A stretch of DNA of 55,304 nucleotides from Thiotrichales bacterium 35-46-9. GTDB taxonomy: Bacteria; Pseudomonadota; Gammaproteobacteria; Thiomicrospirales; Thiomicrospiraceae. The stretch is from positions 1 through 55,304 of the forward strand of contig NCFI01000001.1 of assembly GCA_002281095.1 (NCBI GenBank), in the 5' to 3' direction. Both the position numbers and the translations under genes were made by a program. Below the pieces are notes generated by a model that saw only the letters and a program-made list of their open reading frames with translations, was not told the origin of the DNA and did not search any database. Shown piece after piece: positions 31,073 through 42,913 of the stretch. Numbering within the stretch: the stretch's first letter is position 1; the number at the start of each line of letters is the position of its first letter.

Positions 31073-31609
31073 TTACTGGGCAATGACTGCAGACAGTTTG
31101 TTTAACTGACTTGCAATCGAGCCATCAATGACCCAATCTTGTGCTTTAATAACAGCACCACCAACCAGTGTCGAATCCACATTAAAGGTTACTTCAACAT
31201 CAGCAGACCATTTAGCATCTAATGCTTTTTTAAGTGCTGCTTGCTGTTCAGTCGTTAACACGACTGCTGAGGTAACCGATGCTTGAACTCGACCATCATT
31301 TTCTGCACGTAACGCATCAAATTGCGTCTTAACGTCAGCAATGACCGACAAGCGACGGTTAGCAGCCATAGCTTCTACCAAACGTTTCGCACTGTCTGAT
31401 AGGACAGTTGAACCGACAGCATTCACTACACTTGCCACCACTTCGGTCGGCGTACTGGGGTTATTAATCAGCTCAGCAACCTGGGGTTCGGTCGTAATTG
31501 CTACCAGTGCAGCTAATTGATCTGCCCAAGCAGCAACCGACCCTTGTTCGCGCGCCAAGCCATAAGTGGCTTCAGCGTAAGGACGCGCCAGTGTCTGTGA
31601 CTCTGCCAT
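31073..31609 (-). CDS. atpH: F1 ATP synthase delta subunit
   Basis: 178 aa, starting LARPYAEA. Position between atpF and atpA. Confidence 0.9.
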   Translation of the reverse strand: MAESQTLARPYAEATYGLAREQGSVAAWADQLAALVAITTEPQVAELINNPSTPTEVVASVVNAVGSTVLSDSAKRLVEAMAANRRLSVIADVKTQFDALRAENDGRVQASVTSAVVLTTEQQAALKKALDAKWSADVEVTFNVDSTLVGGAVIKAQDWVIDGSIASQLNKLSAVIAQ

Positions 31610-31624
31610 AATATTACCCAGAAG

Positions 31625-32095
31625 TTAAATCTGTTTGACAAGACGATCGAGAATATCTTGATGCTTAGCCGCATCAATCTCGACTGCCAAAATCTGACCT
31701 GCACCTGCCACAGCCAATTTCGCCACATCGCCACGTAACTGTTCACGCGCAGCTGCCACTTCTTGGGCTAATTCTGCTTGTGCACCAGCACGAACGCGGT
31801 CGGCTTCTTCTTGTGCTTTGGTTTTAGCGTCGTCAACGATTTCGTTAGCGCGCTTTTCAGCTTGGCCAATAATGTTTTGAGCCTGCTCTTTCGCTTCTTT
31901 AAGCACTTCTTTAGCGCGTTTTTCAGCTAATTCGAGCTCACGCTTACCTTTTTCAGCCGCTGATAGGCCGTCGGCAATGCGCTTTTGACGCTCTTCCATC
32001 AATTTGGAAATTGGTCCCCATAGGACCTTGTTCACGAACCAAATCAACAGCACGAAAGCGATGATCTGGATCAAGAGCGTAGCATTAATACTCAC
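31625..32095 (-). CDS. atpF: Fo ATP synthase subunit b
   Basis: 156 aa with an N-terminal TM helix followed by a long charged coiled coil. Confidence 0.92.
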   Translation of the reverse strand: MSINATLLIQIIAFVLLIWFVNKVLWGPISKLMEERQKRIADGLSAAEKGKRELELAEKRAKEVLKEAKEQAQNIIGQAEKRANEIVDDAKTKAQEEADRVRAGAQAELAQEVAAAREQLRGDVAKLAVAGAGQILAVEIDAAKHQDILDRLVKQI

Positions 32096-32168
32096 GGTTC
32101 GCCCCTAAGGTTGGTTAACACAAAAACCTTGGTTGGGAAGCGTACGAGACACCACCCATAACCACAAA

Positions 32169-32499
<331 letters not shown>

Positions 32500-32583
32500 T
32501 GAAATCGTTTTGTTATTCGTCGCTAACATCTGGACAAGACGCTGACCTAAGTCGGCGCTTTGCTCACAGATATCTTTGATGAA

Positions 32584-33459
<876 letters not shown>

Positions 33460-33828
33460 TTAATCTGTAAGCCTTTTTTTACCACGCAAAGTCATCACTT
33501 GTGCAAGCTGCATCGCTACGAATGTTAGTACCATCGGCATTGGCTCTAAACCCACACCGCTAATACCGACAATGAACAACACACCTAATAGCACAAAACG
33601 AATCGCTGCACTGGCATATAAAATCCACATGCTCTGTTGTGGTTCTGTTACCGCTCGCGCATCAGCCATGCGCACCGTGAGCACTAACAACCCAACATTC
33701 ATTAGTCCGAGCATCAGACCGTAGGCACTTGCTGGCACATTCATTGGCGCAAAAACACCAAATGCAATTAACGCCAACCCACCAAAAAAGAGTTTCCAAG
33801 CCACCAAGGGCTTTACATTTACTTGCAT
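33460..33828 (-). CDS. atpI: ATP synthase protein I
   Basis: 122-aa, 4-TM small membrane protein directly upstream of atpB. Confidence 0.75.
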   Translation of the reverse strand: MQVNVKPLVAWKLFFGGLALIAFGVFAPMNVPASAYGLMLGLMNVGLLVLTVRMADARAVTEPQQSMWILYASAAIRFVLLGVLFIVGISGVGLEPMPMVLTFVAMQLAQVMTLRGKKRLTD

Positions 33829-34040
33829 TCGTGCGGCATCTTCATCAAGATGTCGTAAACTTTACGAGCACCACCAATAAAGCCCATGACACCACAAATC
33901 AACAAACCAAATGGCTGGGTATCAAACAGGCTGTCGAGCCAATAGCCCACCAGAAAACCTGCCACCACCATCGAGGTAAACATAGAACCGGCACTGATTA
34001 ACAGCAAATTCGGCATTTTACCGTCTGTTTTGTCGCTCAT
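33819..34040 (-). CDS. AtpZ/AtpI-family small membrane protein (ATPase_gene1-like)
   Basis: 73 aa, two TM helices, and a G..VGYWLD......PFGLL..G...G pattern typical of the AtpZ family. Overlaps the atpI start by 10 nt. ATG 34040 chosen. Confidence 0.65.
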   Translation of the reverse strand: MSDKTDGKMPNLLLISAGSMFTSMVVAGFLVGYWLDSLFDTQPFGLLICGVMGFIGGARKVYDILMKMPHECK

Positions 34041-34071
34041 AGCATCCCAATAATGCAACTAAATCCTACCT

Positions 34072-34100
34072 ATGATACGTGAATATGCCCTTTCAAGCAA
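34072..34100 (-). promoter_or_regulatory. Candidate sigma70 promoter of the atp operon (TTGCTT-N17-TATCAT)
   Basis: Minus-strand TTGCTT (34100-34095) and TATCAT (34077-34072) are spaced 17 nt apart, about 30 nt upstream of the atpZ-like ATG. Confidence 0.35.
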
Positions 34101-34192
34101 GAAGCACGTCGGCTATTTACCACCTACCCTACCTATTGTCGCCACTAAAAAACACAACCACTATATATGCCGATTCAGCAGGCTAAATGACC

Positions 34193-35071
34193 TTATGATG
34201 ACATTTTTTCAATTAATTTTTTTAAAGCAGACTCATCACCAAAGCTGATCTCTAGCTTACCCTTACCGTTCGCTTTGACTGACAATTTAACCGGCACTCC
34301 CAAGTGTTCGCTAAGTTGCTGCTGCCAAGCTTGCCATTGCTCAGTCTGAACGGATGCTTGGTTGTTTTGCGACAACTCGGCTGCCGGTTTTGGCTGAGCC
34401 AATTGACGCACTACCTGTTCCAACTCCCGCACTGACCACTGCAGCGACATAGCCTGTTGCGCCAAACGTTGCTGCTCTGTCTCTGGCAAGGACACCAAGC
34501 AACGGGCATGACCCGCAGATAACTGACCATCGAGCACAGATTCTTGTACACTTAATTCAAGCTTAAGCAAGCGCAGTAAATTACTCACCGCTTCGCGTGA
34601 ACGACCGAGCGTTTGTGCAACTTGTTCATGGGTTAGCGCGAAGCTTTCTGCAAGCTGTCGAATGGCACGCGCTTCTTCAATAGCAGTGAGATTTTCACGT
34701 TGTATATTCTCAATCAGGGCAATGGCGAGAGCTGACTGATCATCAATTTGGCGCACTACCGTCGGTACTGTGGCCAATCCGGCTAATTTAGCCGCACGCC
34801 AGCGACGCTCGCCGGCAATAATTTCATATTGCCCCACGCCGATGGGACGTACCACAATCGGTTGAATGACCCCCTGCGAGCGAATCGAATCGGCCAACTC
34901 AGCCAGCGTGCCTTCATCCCATTGCGTACGCGGCTGAAAGCGACCACTGGTTAGCGCTGAAACCGACAATTGAGTCAATTCATCCTGCGCACTGACCTCT
35001 GTCATAGCATTGTTGGCACTCCCCAACAAAGAGGCAAAACCCGCACCTAACCCACGTGGCTTTTTACTCAT
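34193..35071 (-). CDS. parB: Chromosome partitioning protein ParB
   Basis: ParB box GERRWRAA and an HTH region. Follows parA. Confidence 0.95.
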   Translation of the reverse strand: MSKKPRGLGAGFASLLGSANNAMTEVSAQDELTQLSVSALTSGRFQPRTQWDEGTLAELADSIRSQGVIQPIVVRPIGVGQYEIIAGERRWRAAKLAGLATVPTVVRQIDDQSALAIALIENIQRENLTAIEEARAIRQLAESFALTHEQVAQTLGRSREAVSNLLRLLKLELSVQESVLDGQLSAGHARCLVSLPETEQQRLAQQAMSLQWSVRELEQVVRQLAQPKPAAELSQNNQASVQTEQWQAWQQQLSEHLGVPVKLSVKANGKGKLEISFGDESALKKLIEKMSS

Positions 35072-35082
35072 CGCTTACTACC

Positions 35083-35844
35083 TTAAAATCGACGACGCGA
35101 CAACTCTTGCGCCAGCGCCAAATAGGCCGCTGCACCCGTTGAGTTAGCATCAAATTCAAAAATAGACTGACCAAAACTCGGTGCTTCGGCCAGGCGCACG
35201 TTACGCGGAATCACACTGGCCAAGACTTGGGGACCAAAATGCGTCAACAACTCATTCGCCACATCTTGCGCCAATTTATTGCGCTTGTCGTACATGGTAC
35301 GCAACAAACCCGCAATAGCCAACTGAGGATTGACCGTCTGACGTACACTATCCACCGTACCCAACAAAGCCGCCAATCCTTCTAACGCATAGTATTCGCA
35401 CTGTACAGGTACCAGAATCCCATTCGCCGCCGTTAGTGCGTTTAGCGTCAGCAAATTCAAACTGGGCGGACAGTCCATCAACACCCAATCATACTGAGCT
35501 TCAATGCCCGTCAGTGCTTGCTTCAACACGCTTTCACGGTGCGGCATGGCCATCATCGCCACTTCAGCCGACACCAAGTCGCCATTACTCGGTAGCACAT
35601 CAACAGGAGCCGTCGGTGAACGCACAATAGATTGTGCTAGCGAGGTTTGACCCTGTAATAATTCGGTTAACGAATAGTCGACATCGTCTTTGGCAATACC
35701 CAAACCAGTAGTGGCATTGCCTTGCGGATCCATATCAATCAACAGCACACGCTTGCCCAGCATGCCTAATGCAGCAGCCAGATTGACCGTGGTGGTGGTT
35801 TTACCCACCCCTCCTTTTTGATTAGAAACAGCAATAATCGGCAT
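35083..35844 (-). CDS. parA: Chromosome partitioning ATPase ParA/Soj
   Basis: Deviant Walker A NQKGGVGKTTT. 253 aa. Confidence 0.95.
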   Translation of the reverse strand: MPIIAVSNQKGGVGKTTTTVNLAAALGMLGKRVLLIDMDPQGNATTGLGIAKDDVDYSLTELLQGQTSLAQSIVRSPTAPVDVLPSNGDLVSAEVAMMAMPHRESVLKQALTGIEAQYDWVLMDCPPSLNLLTLNALTAANGILVPVQCEYYALEGLAALLGTVDSVRQTVNPQLAIAGLLRTMYDKRNKLAQDVANELLTHFGPQVLASVIPRNVRLAEAPSFGQSIFEFDANSTGAAAYLALAQELSRRRF

Positions 35845-36501
35845 TTACATACTTTCCTGAGATAAAGGCCAGCAGCGCACTAACCAGCGCTCAGCGTCCA
35901 GTTGTGGCACACTTAGCTGGATGGTTTCAGCCTGAATCTGCTGCGGCATAGCATCGATTTCCGCTTGTGGATAAACGCCTTTCATCAGCCACCAACTGCC
36001 AGAATCGGCCCGTAAATGCTCAGTAAAACCAATGAAGTCGCTAATTTCGGTCACGGCGCGGGCGATAACTCCATCATAATCCGCTTGATGTTGTTCAGCA
36101 CGACTGTGCACCACACTAACTTTATCACCCAGCTGCAGTTCTAACACCGCTTGCGTTAAAAAGCGCGTTTTTTTGCCGTTACTGTCTAATAAGGTCCAAG
36201 TTCGATTCGGATCAACAATCGCCAAAATCAGACCCGGAATACCACCGCCACTACCGACGTCGATCCAACGCCCACTAGAAGGCAAGTGTGATTGTACCGA
36301 TAACGCATCGAATACATGTTTAACCAGCATTTCTTCAGGATCACGAATAGCCGTGAGGTTGTAGGCCGCGTTCCACTTATGCAACAAAGCGACATACTGC
36401 AACAACTGCGTTTGCTGCTGCTCCGACAGCGATAAGCCTAACTGCTGTAAACCGCACGCTAATTGAGACGATAAAACATCGAACGACATGGATCTATCCA
36501 T
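35845..36501 (-). CDS. rsmG: 16S rRNA (guanine527-N7)-methyltransferase
   Basis: LLHKWNAAYNLTAIRDP... and the DVGSGGGIPG SAM motif. The stop abuts the parA ATG. An alternative start is ATG 36489. Confidence 0.92.
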   Translation of the reverse strand: MDRSMSFDVLSSQLACGLQQLGLSLSEQQQTQLLQYVALLHKWNAAYNLTAIRDPEEMLVKHVFDALSVQSHLPSSGRWIDVGSGGGIPGLILAIVDPNRTWTLLDSNGKKTRFLTQAVLELQLGDKVSVVHSRAEQHQADYDGVIARAVTEISDFIGFTEHLRADSGSWWLMKGVYPQAEIDAMPQQIQAETIQLSVPQLDAERWLVRCWPLSQESM

Positions 36502-36572
36502 AAACCAAACCGCTCATAATAGCATTTTTGTGTTAATTAAAACAGACTGGACCGATGACTTAGCCTTTGCCA

Positions 36573-38447
36573 TCATGCCGCGCGCTTCTTCAGATGCACG
36601 AGCAATAACGACAAAGCCGCTGGTGTGACGCCCTGCACACGCCCTGCCTGACCAATGGTATTAGGACGATACTCTTTCAATTTTTGTTTCACTTCATTCG
36701 ACAAGCCTTCAATGGCATCGTAATCGAGCGATTCGGGCAATAAGGTCTCTTCGTTACGCTTCACCTTGTCGATTTCATCCTGCATACGGCTCAGATAACC
36801 GGCATATTTGACATCAATTTCAACCTGTTCAATAACCGCTTCATCGGTTAGCGCCTCGCCAAAACCGGTTAAAGTCGCCAAACTGTGATAGGTTACTTCT
36901 GGACGACGCAACAGGGTTTCCAAATTTTGCTCTTTACTCATGGTTGTGCCGAAAATGCGCTCACTTTCTTCGACCGATAAACGCGCTGGTGAAATCCAGG
37001 TATCGCGCAGGCGCTGCGACTCTTGTTCAATCTGTTCTTGTTTTTGGCTGAAACTGGTCCAACGTGCTTCATCAACCAGTCCCAATTCACGCGCAATCGG
37101 CGTTAGGCGACGGTCAGCATTGTCTTCTCGCAGCAGCAAACGATATTCAGCGCGCGAGGTAAACATACGGTAGGGTTCAGTTAAGCCCATGGTATGCAGA
37201 TCATCGACCAACACCCCTAAATAGGCTTGGTCACGACGCGGGAACCACGCCTCTTTTTCCTGTGCGCGACAGGCGGCATTAATACCCGCCAATAAGCCTT
37301 GCGCTGCCGCTTCTTCGTAACCGGTCGTGCCGTTAATTTGTCCGGCAAAATATAAGCCCGCAATTTGATGTGTCTCTAACGTCGGCTTCAGCGCACGCGG
37401 GTCGAAATAATCATACTCAATAGCATAGGCTGGGCGCGTTAACACGGCCTTTTCTAAGCCTTTCATGGTATGAATCATTTGAAGTTGTGCTTCAAAGGGC
37501 AAGCTGGTTGAAATACCGTTCGGATAGAGTTCGTGCGTAGTGAGCCCTTCGGGTTCAATAAAAATTTGATGCTGTGGCTTATCGGCAAAGCGGGTAATTT
37601 TGTCTTCAATCGAAGGGCAATAGCGTGGCCCCACGCCTTCAATCACCCCTTGATACATGGGCGACTGATCGAGGTACTGACGAATCACCTCATGCGTACG
37701 CTCATTGGTGTGCGTGATGTAACAAGGCACTTGGCGCGGATGCATGGCGCGATTTCCCATGAAAGAAAACACGGGTAGCGGCTCATCACCCGGTTGGGCT
37801 TGCATCACCGAAAAATCGACACTGCGGGCATCGATACGGCAAGGCGTACCGGTTTTTAAACGCCCCACGGGGAGGGCTAGCTCGCGTAATCGTTCTGCTA
37901 GGCGAATGCTGGGCGGATCACCGGCACGACCACCGGAATGGTTTTGTAAGCCAATATGAATACGTCCATTAAGGAAAGTGCCTGCCGTCAGCACCACCTG
38001 ACGCGCATAGAGTTTCCAGCCAGTGGCGGTAACCACCCCCGTTACCTGCCCCTGCTCAACAATGATATCTTCTGCCATTTGTTGAAACAAGGTGAGATTC
38101 GGTTGATTTTCGAGACGATAACGCACTGAAGCTTTGTAGAGTAAACGGTCGGCTTGCGCGCGTGTGGCACGGACAGCGGGGCCTTTAGAAGCGTTAAGGG
38201 TTCGAAATTGAATACCCGCTTCATCGGTTGCTAATGCCATAATGCCGCCCATGGCATCGACTTCTTTCACCAAATGACCCTTGCCAATACCGCCAATCGC
38301 CGGATTACACGACATGGATCCCAAACCTTCAATGCTCTGCGTTAACAACAAGGTATTGCAGCCCATACGAGCAGCAGCCGCTGCCGCTTCAGTGCCAGCA
38401 TGACCGCCACCAATGACAATGACATCGTATTCTTGTTGTGCAAACAT
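36573..38447 (-). CDS. mnmG: tRNA uridine 5-carboxymethylaminomethyl modification enzyme
   Basis: [19 protein letters not shown] motif, with full-length GidA/MnmG pattern. Confidence 0.97.
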   Translation of the reverse strand: MFAQQEYDVIVIGGGHAGTEAAAAAARMGCNTLLLTQSIEGLGSMSCNPAIGGIGKGHLVKEVDAMGGIMALATDEAGIQFRTLNASKGPAVRATRAQADRLLYKASVRYRLENQPNLTLFQQMAEDIIVEQGQVTGVVTATGWKLYARQVVLTAGTFLNGRIHIGLQNHSGGRAGDPPSIRLAERLRELALPVGRLKTGTPCRIDARSVDFSVMQAQPGDEPLPVFSFMGNRAMHPRQVPCYITHTNERTHEVIRQYLDQSPMYQGVIEGVGPRYCPSIEDKITRFADKPQHQIFIEPEGLTTHELYPNGISTSLPFEAQLQMIHTMKGLEKAVLTRPAYAIEYDYFDPRALKPTLETHQIAGLYFAGQINGTTGYEEAAAQGLLAGINAACRAQEKEAWFPRRDQAYLGVLVDDLHTMGLTEPYRMFTSRAEYRLLLREDNADRRLTPIARELGLVDEARWTSFSQKQEQIEQESQRLRDTWISPARLSVEESERIFGTTMSKEQNLETLLRRPEVTYHSLATLTGFGEALTDEAVIEQVEIDVKYAGYLSRMQDEIDKVKRNEETLLPESLDYDAIEGLSNEVKQKLKEYRPNTIGQAGRVQGVTPAALSLLLVHLKKRAA

Positions 38448-38640
38448 TGTGTAACCCTGTGATAACGCATTAAATAAGGCGCTATTCTAGCACATTCGCA
38501 GATGGGATTGATGACCACTAAAAACCCTAACGAGAAGGGGGTTTCACCTTGCGGTGCACTAAAGTGTGGGGGAAGGGCTTGATGATAGCAGCATGTAACC
38601 ACTTGATTTAAAGCCCTTCCACCAGAAATTAAACACTCTT

Positions 38641-38684
38641 GGCAGCTCTAACAATCCCAAAAAAATGGGATTGTTAGAGCTGCC
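38641..38684. repeat. Perfect 19-bp inverted repeat (stem-loop) 1 nt after the stop of the 163-aa gene
   Basis: GGCAGCTCTAACAATCCCA-AAAAAA-TGGGATTGTTAGAGCTGCC. There is no flanking U-tract on either strand, so it is not a canonical intrinsic terminator. Confidence 0.7.
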
Positions 38685-38685
38685 A

Positions 38686-39177
38686 TTAATGAACTACCTT
38701 CAAGCTGGGTTCATTGCTGAGCTGATGCATCCACAATGGCCAGTCTGCAGATTGCCATTGCGCGCGTTGATAAACACGATACAAAATATCGAACCATTGG
38801 CGCATCGCCGTATTGACCAAGGTCATTTGCGCACTTTCGGCTTCTTCTTTACCTTTAAAAATCAGGGTCATTTGCGTGGGTGAATAACTCACATCAACAC
38901 GATTAATTAACCAAGCATGACTGTGGGGTGAAGCGACTACTGCCGTTTCACTGGCACTTGCCTGCTGTGCTGCTTGTTGTTCAAATTGATGATAAACATC
39001 GGCATGAGCCGTATCTTGCACCTGTTTGAGTAGCCAATCTCTTAACACGGGAATAAGACGATTTCCCAACCGCTGAGTTAACCAAAGTACCGCCACATCA
39101 CCTTCGGGTGTCTGAGCGCTCAGACGAATGCGGTCCTCTTCATCAATGTAGCTTAGGGTGACTTTTTCCAGTTTCAC
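38686..39177 (-). CDS. Hypothetical cytoplasmic protein (163 aa), last gene of the NosP-like/kinase operon
   Basis: GTG start with AAAGG 6 nt upstream, 38 nt after the kinase stop. No TM helix or signal peptide. No family recognised. Confidence 0.6.
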   Translation of the reverse strand: MKLEKVTLSYIDEEDRIRLSAQTPEGDVAVLWLTQRLGNRLIPVLRDWLLKQVQDTAHADVYHQFEQQAAQQASASETAVVASPHSHAWLINRVDVSYSPTQMTLIFKGKEEAESAQMTLVNTAMRQWFDILYRVYQRAQWQSADWPLWMHQLSNEPSLKVVH

Positions 39178-39215
39178 ATGAGACCTTTAATCATTAACAA
39201 ACACGTCTTACCGAC

Positions 39216-41678
39216 CTATTCATGCACACCATGCCGTTCACAATGCACTCGCATCGAATCAATGACCTTTGCATAATCCCTGATTTGCTGTGCATCCACT
39301 GACTCAATTGACCAGCCATCATCGCGTTTAATGGCTTGCTCCAAATCAGCAAAAGACTGAGCAAACTGCAGAATACCCAACGTGCCACACAAGCCTTTTA
39401 GCGTATGAACAAAACGTAATGCCGCTTCTCTATCTTCGGCCAATAGGCTTGAAATCTGCTCAAATGCCCGCGCATAATCCTGTACAAAACTGAACAAGGC
39501 ACTGTTAAAGACATCCTCAGCGCCAGCAAAAAGCTCTCTTACTGCTTGCTTGTCGATACCTATAATCATTAACTGATCGAAAAAATCACCCATCACTAAC
39601 GCTGCTTCCCCAGGTTCTGATTGACGTACAACTTGCGTTATCGTTCCACCTGTTTCATTAACCGCTAATAGGGTTGCTAATTGACGATATAAAACCGCTG
39701 GCACGATCGGCTTACTAATATGATCGACCATACCAACTGCCAAACAGCGCTCCTTTTCCTCCTGAAAAGCATGCGCCGTCATCGCCACCACTTTCAACTT
39801 GTGCCAAACAGGATTTTCCATAATCTGCTTAGTGGCGGTAAAGCCATCCATTACTGGCATTTGCAAATCCATTAACACCAAGTCTGGCAATTGAACGTGA
39901 GCACTAAGCCAATGCAAAGCTTCTTGACCGTTATTGGCAACAACAATCTCGGCATGTGTGGCTTGCAATAACTTTAGGGCTATTTCTTGATTAATGAGGT
40001 TGTCTTCTACCAGCAGAATCAACCGACCCGACAGATCAGGAGCCGCTAAACGGGTCTGATCCTTAACCGACGCTCGCTGTGTGTGCTCACAAACCAACTC
40101 ACCCAAACGATGATGGAGAAAAGGCTTAGTCATCACAGCGTCAATCTGATGTGTTTTGGCGATTTCAGCAATGGCTGCCAAATCATTAAAGGACACCAGC
40201 ACACAAGCCGAAGCAAAATACGGGAAATGATGGCGAATTTCATGAATTAACTCAATGCCATCATGCTCACCCAATAACCAATCGACAAAAATATAATCGA
40301 TTGAACCGATGGCTTGTCGAGCTAGGTAAAGTATCGCTTCACCGTGGGTTGTCACATAGTCTGCTTCAATATTGAGGTTGGCTAAACGCGCCACCATTTG
40401 CTGACAGGCTATGGGGGCATCATCAACAACCAAAGCACGACGCGTTTTAGCATGACAAACAAATTGGGGTTGTGGCTTACCGACACCAAAAGGTAAGCGC
40501 AACCTAAACTGGCTTCCCTGTCCATAAACACTGCTGACGGTTAAATCGCCCCCCATCAATCGTGCTAGATTGCGCGAAATTGCCAAGCCAAGCCCCGTAC
40601 CACCAAATTGACGCGTGGTTGACTCATCTGCCTGACTAAACTCCTGAAACAACTTATCCTGTTGCTCAGGCGTCATGCCAATGCCTGTGTCTTTCACAAT
40701 AAAGTCAACCCAATAGGTATCGCTATTATGTTCAACTAAACGTACCTCTAAAGCGACATAACCCTGATGGGTAAACTTAACGGCATTGTTCAGTAAATTT
40801 ATGAGAATCTGATTAATACGAACTGGGTCACCAAAGAGTTCGGGTTGTTGGTAATAAGCGATCGGCTGGTCAATATCAAAATAAATTTCAATGTCTTTTT
40901 GGCGTGCCGATAAAGTGACAGGGAAAAGACTCGATTCAACCAAGCCTTCAATATGTAGCAAAATATGCTCTACCGACAACTTACCCGATTCAATTTTAGA
41001 AAAATCGAGAATATCATTAATGATACGCAACAAGGATTCTGCCGATTGGTGTACTTTGCCAACATAATCTCTTTGTTTAGGTGTCAATGGCGTTTGCAAG
41101 GTCAAATAAGACATACCCAAAATCGCGTTCATTGGCGTACGGATTTCATGACTCATATTAGCTAAAAATAGGCTCTTGGCTTGCTGCGCATTTTCCAATT
41201 TTTCAATGGTCGCCGACAATTGTTTTTCTTGCTCGATCAGCCTAGCACTGGCGTAACAAGCTTCTAAATTAGACACCAGCTTACGACAAATCGGCGCCAA
41301 AGCATGCAAGGTTTCTTCATCAATAGCCTGTTCAGCCCGCTCAATCAACAGCACACCAAAACCGGGTAACGAGAGTAAATGACTAACACCCTTTTCGTGC
41401 GCTTGCACACACAGCAAATGAGTTCGGTGCTGGGCGTGGGCTTGAATCAAGCGCTGATGGAAGGGCAATAACCCCCGAATCGGAATGGCTTTAACTGGCA
41501 CCACTGAATCATGACGGAACACAGCAACCAAAGTCGCATCTAATTTGCGCGCAAACGCCGTTAACGCTTCCTTTAATGAAACATCCAACTGCGTACTATT
41601 GCCAATCGCCATGGCAATTTCATAAAGAATACGAACCCTCAGACCAGAGTCGACTTCCGTTAACCCAGCTCGAATCAT
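39216..41678 (-). CDS. Soluble hybrid sensor histidine kinase (GAF-like N-domain, HisKA, HATPase_c, two REC domains, C-terminal Hpt)
   Basis: H-box [14 protein letters not shown]-box [12 protein letters not shown]1 VVDD...FVDW...TKP, REC2 LLVEDN...LMDLQMP...SKP, and Hpt [11 protein letters not shown]. No TM segments. The start overlaps the FIST gene stop (ATGA). Confidence 0.88.
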   Translation of the reverse strand: MIRAGLTEVDSGLRVRILYEIAMAIGNSTQLDVSLKEALTAFARKLDATLVAVFRHDSVVPVKAIPIRGLLPFHQRLIQAHAQHRTHLLCVQAHEKGVSHLLSLPGFGVLLIERAEQAIDEETLHALAPICRKLVSNLEACYASARLIEQEKQLSATIEKLENAQQAKSLFLANMSHEIRTPMNAILGMSYLTLQTPLTPKQRDYVGKVHQSAESLLRIINDILDFSKIESGKLSVEHILLHIEGLVESSLFPVTLSARQKDIEIYFDIDQPIAYYQQPELFGDPVRINQILINLLNNAVKFTHQGYVALEVRLVEHNSDTYWVDFIVKDTGIGMTPEQQDKLFQEFSQADESTTRQFGGTGLGLAISRNLARLMGGDLTVSSVYGQGSQFRLRLPFGVGKPQPQFVCHAKTRRALVVDDAPIACQQMVARLANLNIEADYVTTHGEAILYLARQAIGSIDYIFVDWLLGEHDGIELIHEIRHHFPYFASACVLVSFNDLAAIAEIAKTHQIDAVMTKPFLHHRLGELVCEHTQRASVKDQTRLAAPDLSGRLILLVEDNLINQEIALKLLQATHAEIVVANNGQEALHWLSAHVQLPDLVLMDLQMPVMDGFTATKQIMENPVWHKLKVVAMTAHAFQEEKERCLAVGMVDHISKPIVPAVLYRQLATLLAVNETGGTITQVVRQSEPGEAALVMGDFFDQLMIIGIDKQAVRELFAGAEDVFNSALFSFVQDYARAFEQISSLLAEDREAALRFVHTLKGLCGTLGILQFAQSFADLEQAIKRDDGWSIESVDAQQIRDYAKVIDSMRVHCERHGVHE

Positions 41679-42802
41679 AATAAGCCTACCACGGCCGTTT
41701 TATTGTAAAACTCTAAATAACCCGATCCCGAATTGGCAATCTCACCCAATACCAAAGCACCGACCAAAGGCGGCGCATTACCCGTGACGGCTCTGACCTG
41801 AGCCACCTCTTCATCAAAGGCTTCTTTTAAGAAGAGGGCGCGTGAAATACAGTCAATAAACAGCGTCAATTTCACTGCTTTACCGTTACCAGCTTTCTGA
41901 GCCACTTCGGCCGTTTGACGCGCGGCATCAAACAGGTCTTGCGGTTGAGCCGTTAATAAATCGACATAATCCCCTTGCGACAATTCACCCACACAAACCA
42001 AATGACCTTCTGGCGTAACCGCGATTGGATCACGCACAATTTTTTCGCCGCCCAGCTTGTTAATACCGAGAGGGAAAGACTGAGCGACCGAGAAAAAATT
42101 ATCGGCACTAATGGGAGTTGAACTATATTGATTGACTGCTTGCTGATAAACCTCGAATGCCGGTTTGTAATTAATTTCCTGCACCAGATTACGATCAACT
42201 TTAGTGACCTGCCAATCAGGCACAATACTTTTCCAGCCGTGCCCTACACCCAAAGCGGTTTGTGCTCCCGAAAAACCAATTACCGCCGCATCCATTAACA
42301 GCCCTTGACTGGTATACAAACACGGCTTTTGCACAAAGCTTAACGAGCCAGCACCGCCACCAATATACTTAGGCTGAGTGCCAAAATTCGCATATAAGCC
42401 GTCAACCAAGGAAGCAACCCGTTTAGCCAAGCCATCAACAAACACAAACATCGTTGGAGCAGAAGCCACTTCGGCGAAAGTCTGCTCAATCAAAGTCTCA
42501 TAATCGACGTCATTGCTAGACAATTGTGCAATGGATTTCACCGTTAGAGTTTCTTTTAACGCCACCAACACAAAGCCGCTGGTATAGGCACGATCTTGAT
42601 AAAGTATTTGCGGGAAAACACCACCCATAATCGGCTTAGATAAGCTCGCTAACAACCGATTGACGGTTTCCAACTCATAATCATTCTCATCACAAGAGAA
42701 TAACAACAAGCTACCGACATCACTTTGTGCGTCCACTCGACGCAGTGCTTGCGCGAGTTCGTTGACATCGGTACTTGGGCTAAAAATAATTTCTTTAGGC
42801 AT
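41675..42802 (-). CDS. FIST N+C domain signalling protein (NosP-like candidate haem NO sensor)
   Basis: 375-aa soluble protein whose length and pattern I recognise as FIST_N/FIST_C (GGVFPQI..., IGGGAGS..., LGEI motif near the C-terminus). It is co-cistronic with a hybrid kinase, as in NosP-NahK/VpsS pairs. Confidence 0.7.
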   Translation of the reverse strand: MPKEIIFSPSTDVNELAQALRRVDAQSDVGSLLLFSCDENDYELETVNRLLASLSKPIMGGVFPQILYQDRAYTSGFVLVALKETLTVKSIAQLSSNDVDYETLIEQTFAEVASAPTMFVFVDGLAKRVASLVDGLYANFGTQPKYIGGGAGSLSFVQKPCLYTSQGLLMDAAVIGFSGAQTALGVGHGWKSIVPDWQVTKVDRNLVQEINYKPAFEVYQQAVNQYSSTPISADNFFSVAQSFPLGINKLGGEKIVRDPIAVTPEGHLVCVGELSQGDYVDLLTAQPQDLFDAARQTAEVAQKAGNGKAVKLTLFIDCISRALFLKEAFDEEVAQVRAVTGNAPPLVGALVLGEIANSGSGYLEFYNKTAVVGLL

Positions 42803-42913
42803 GTTGCACAGACCCTATTTATCCAAATAATCAGCTGCTCAGGAACACAGCCGCATTATGACACAGCTTAAGTCGTTCACCAACGCCCTATCATATCACC
42901 GAGTAATTACCTG

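Noticed and set aside
38448-38640. Possible oriC next to mnmG, given the origin-proximal style cluster mnmG-rsmG-parAB-atp
   Set aside because: I found no TTATCCACA-type DnaA boxes; the nearest, TGTGATAAC, lacks a base. There are no AT-rich 13-mer repeats and no GATC clustering in this 190-bp spacer. It is explained by the mnmG promoter plus terminator hairpins of the neighbouring operon. A single near-box, TTATCCAAA at about 42818-42826, is isolated.
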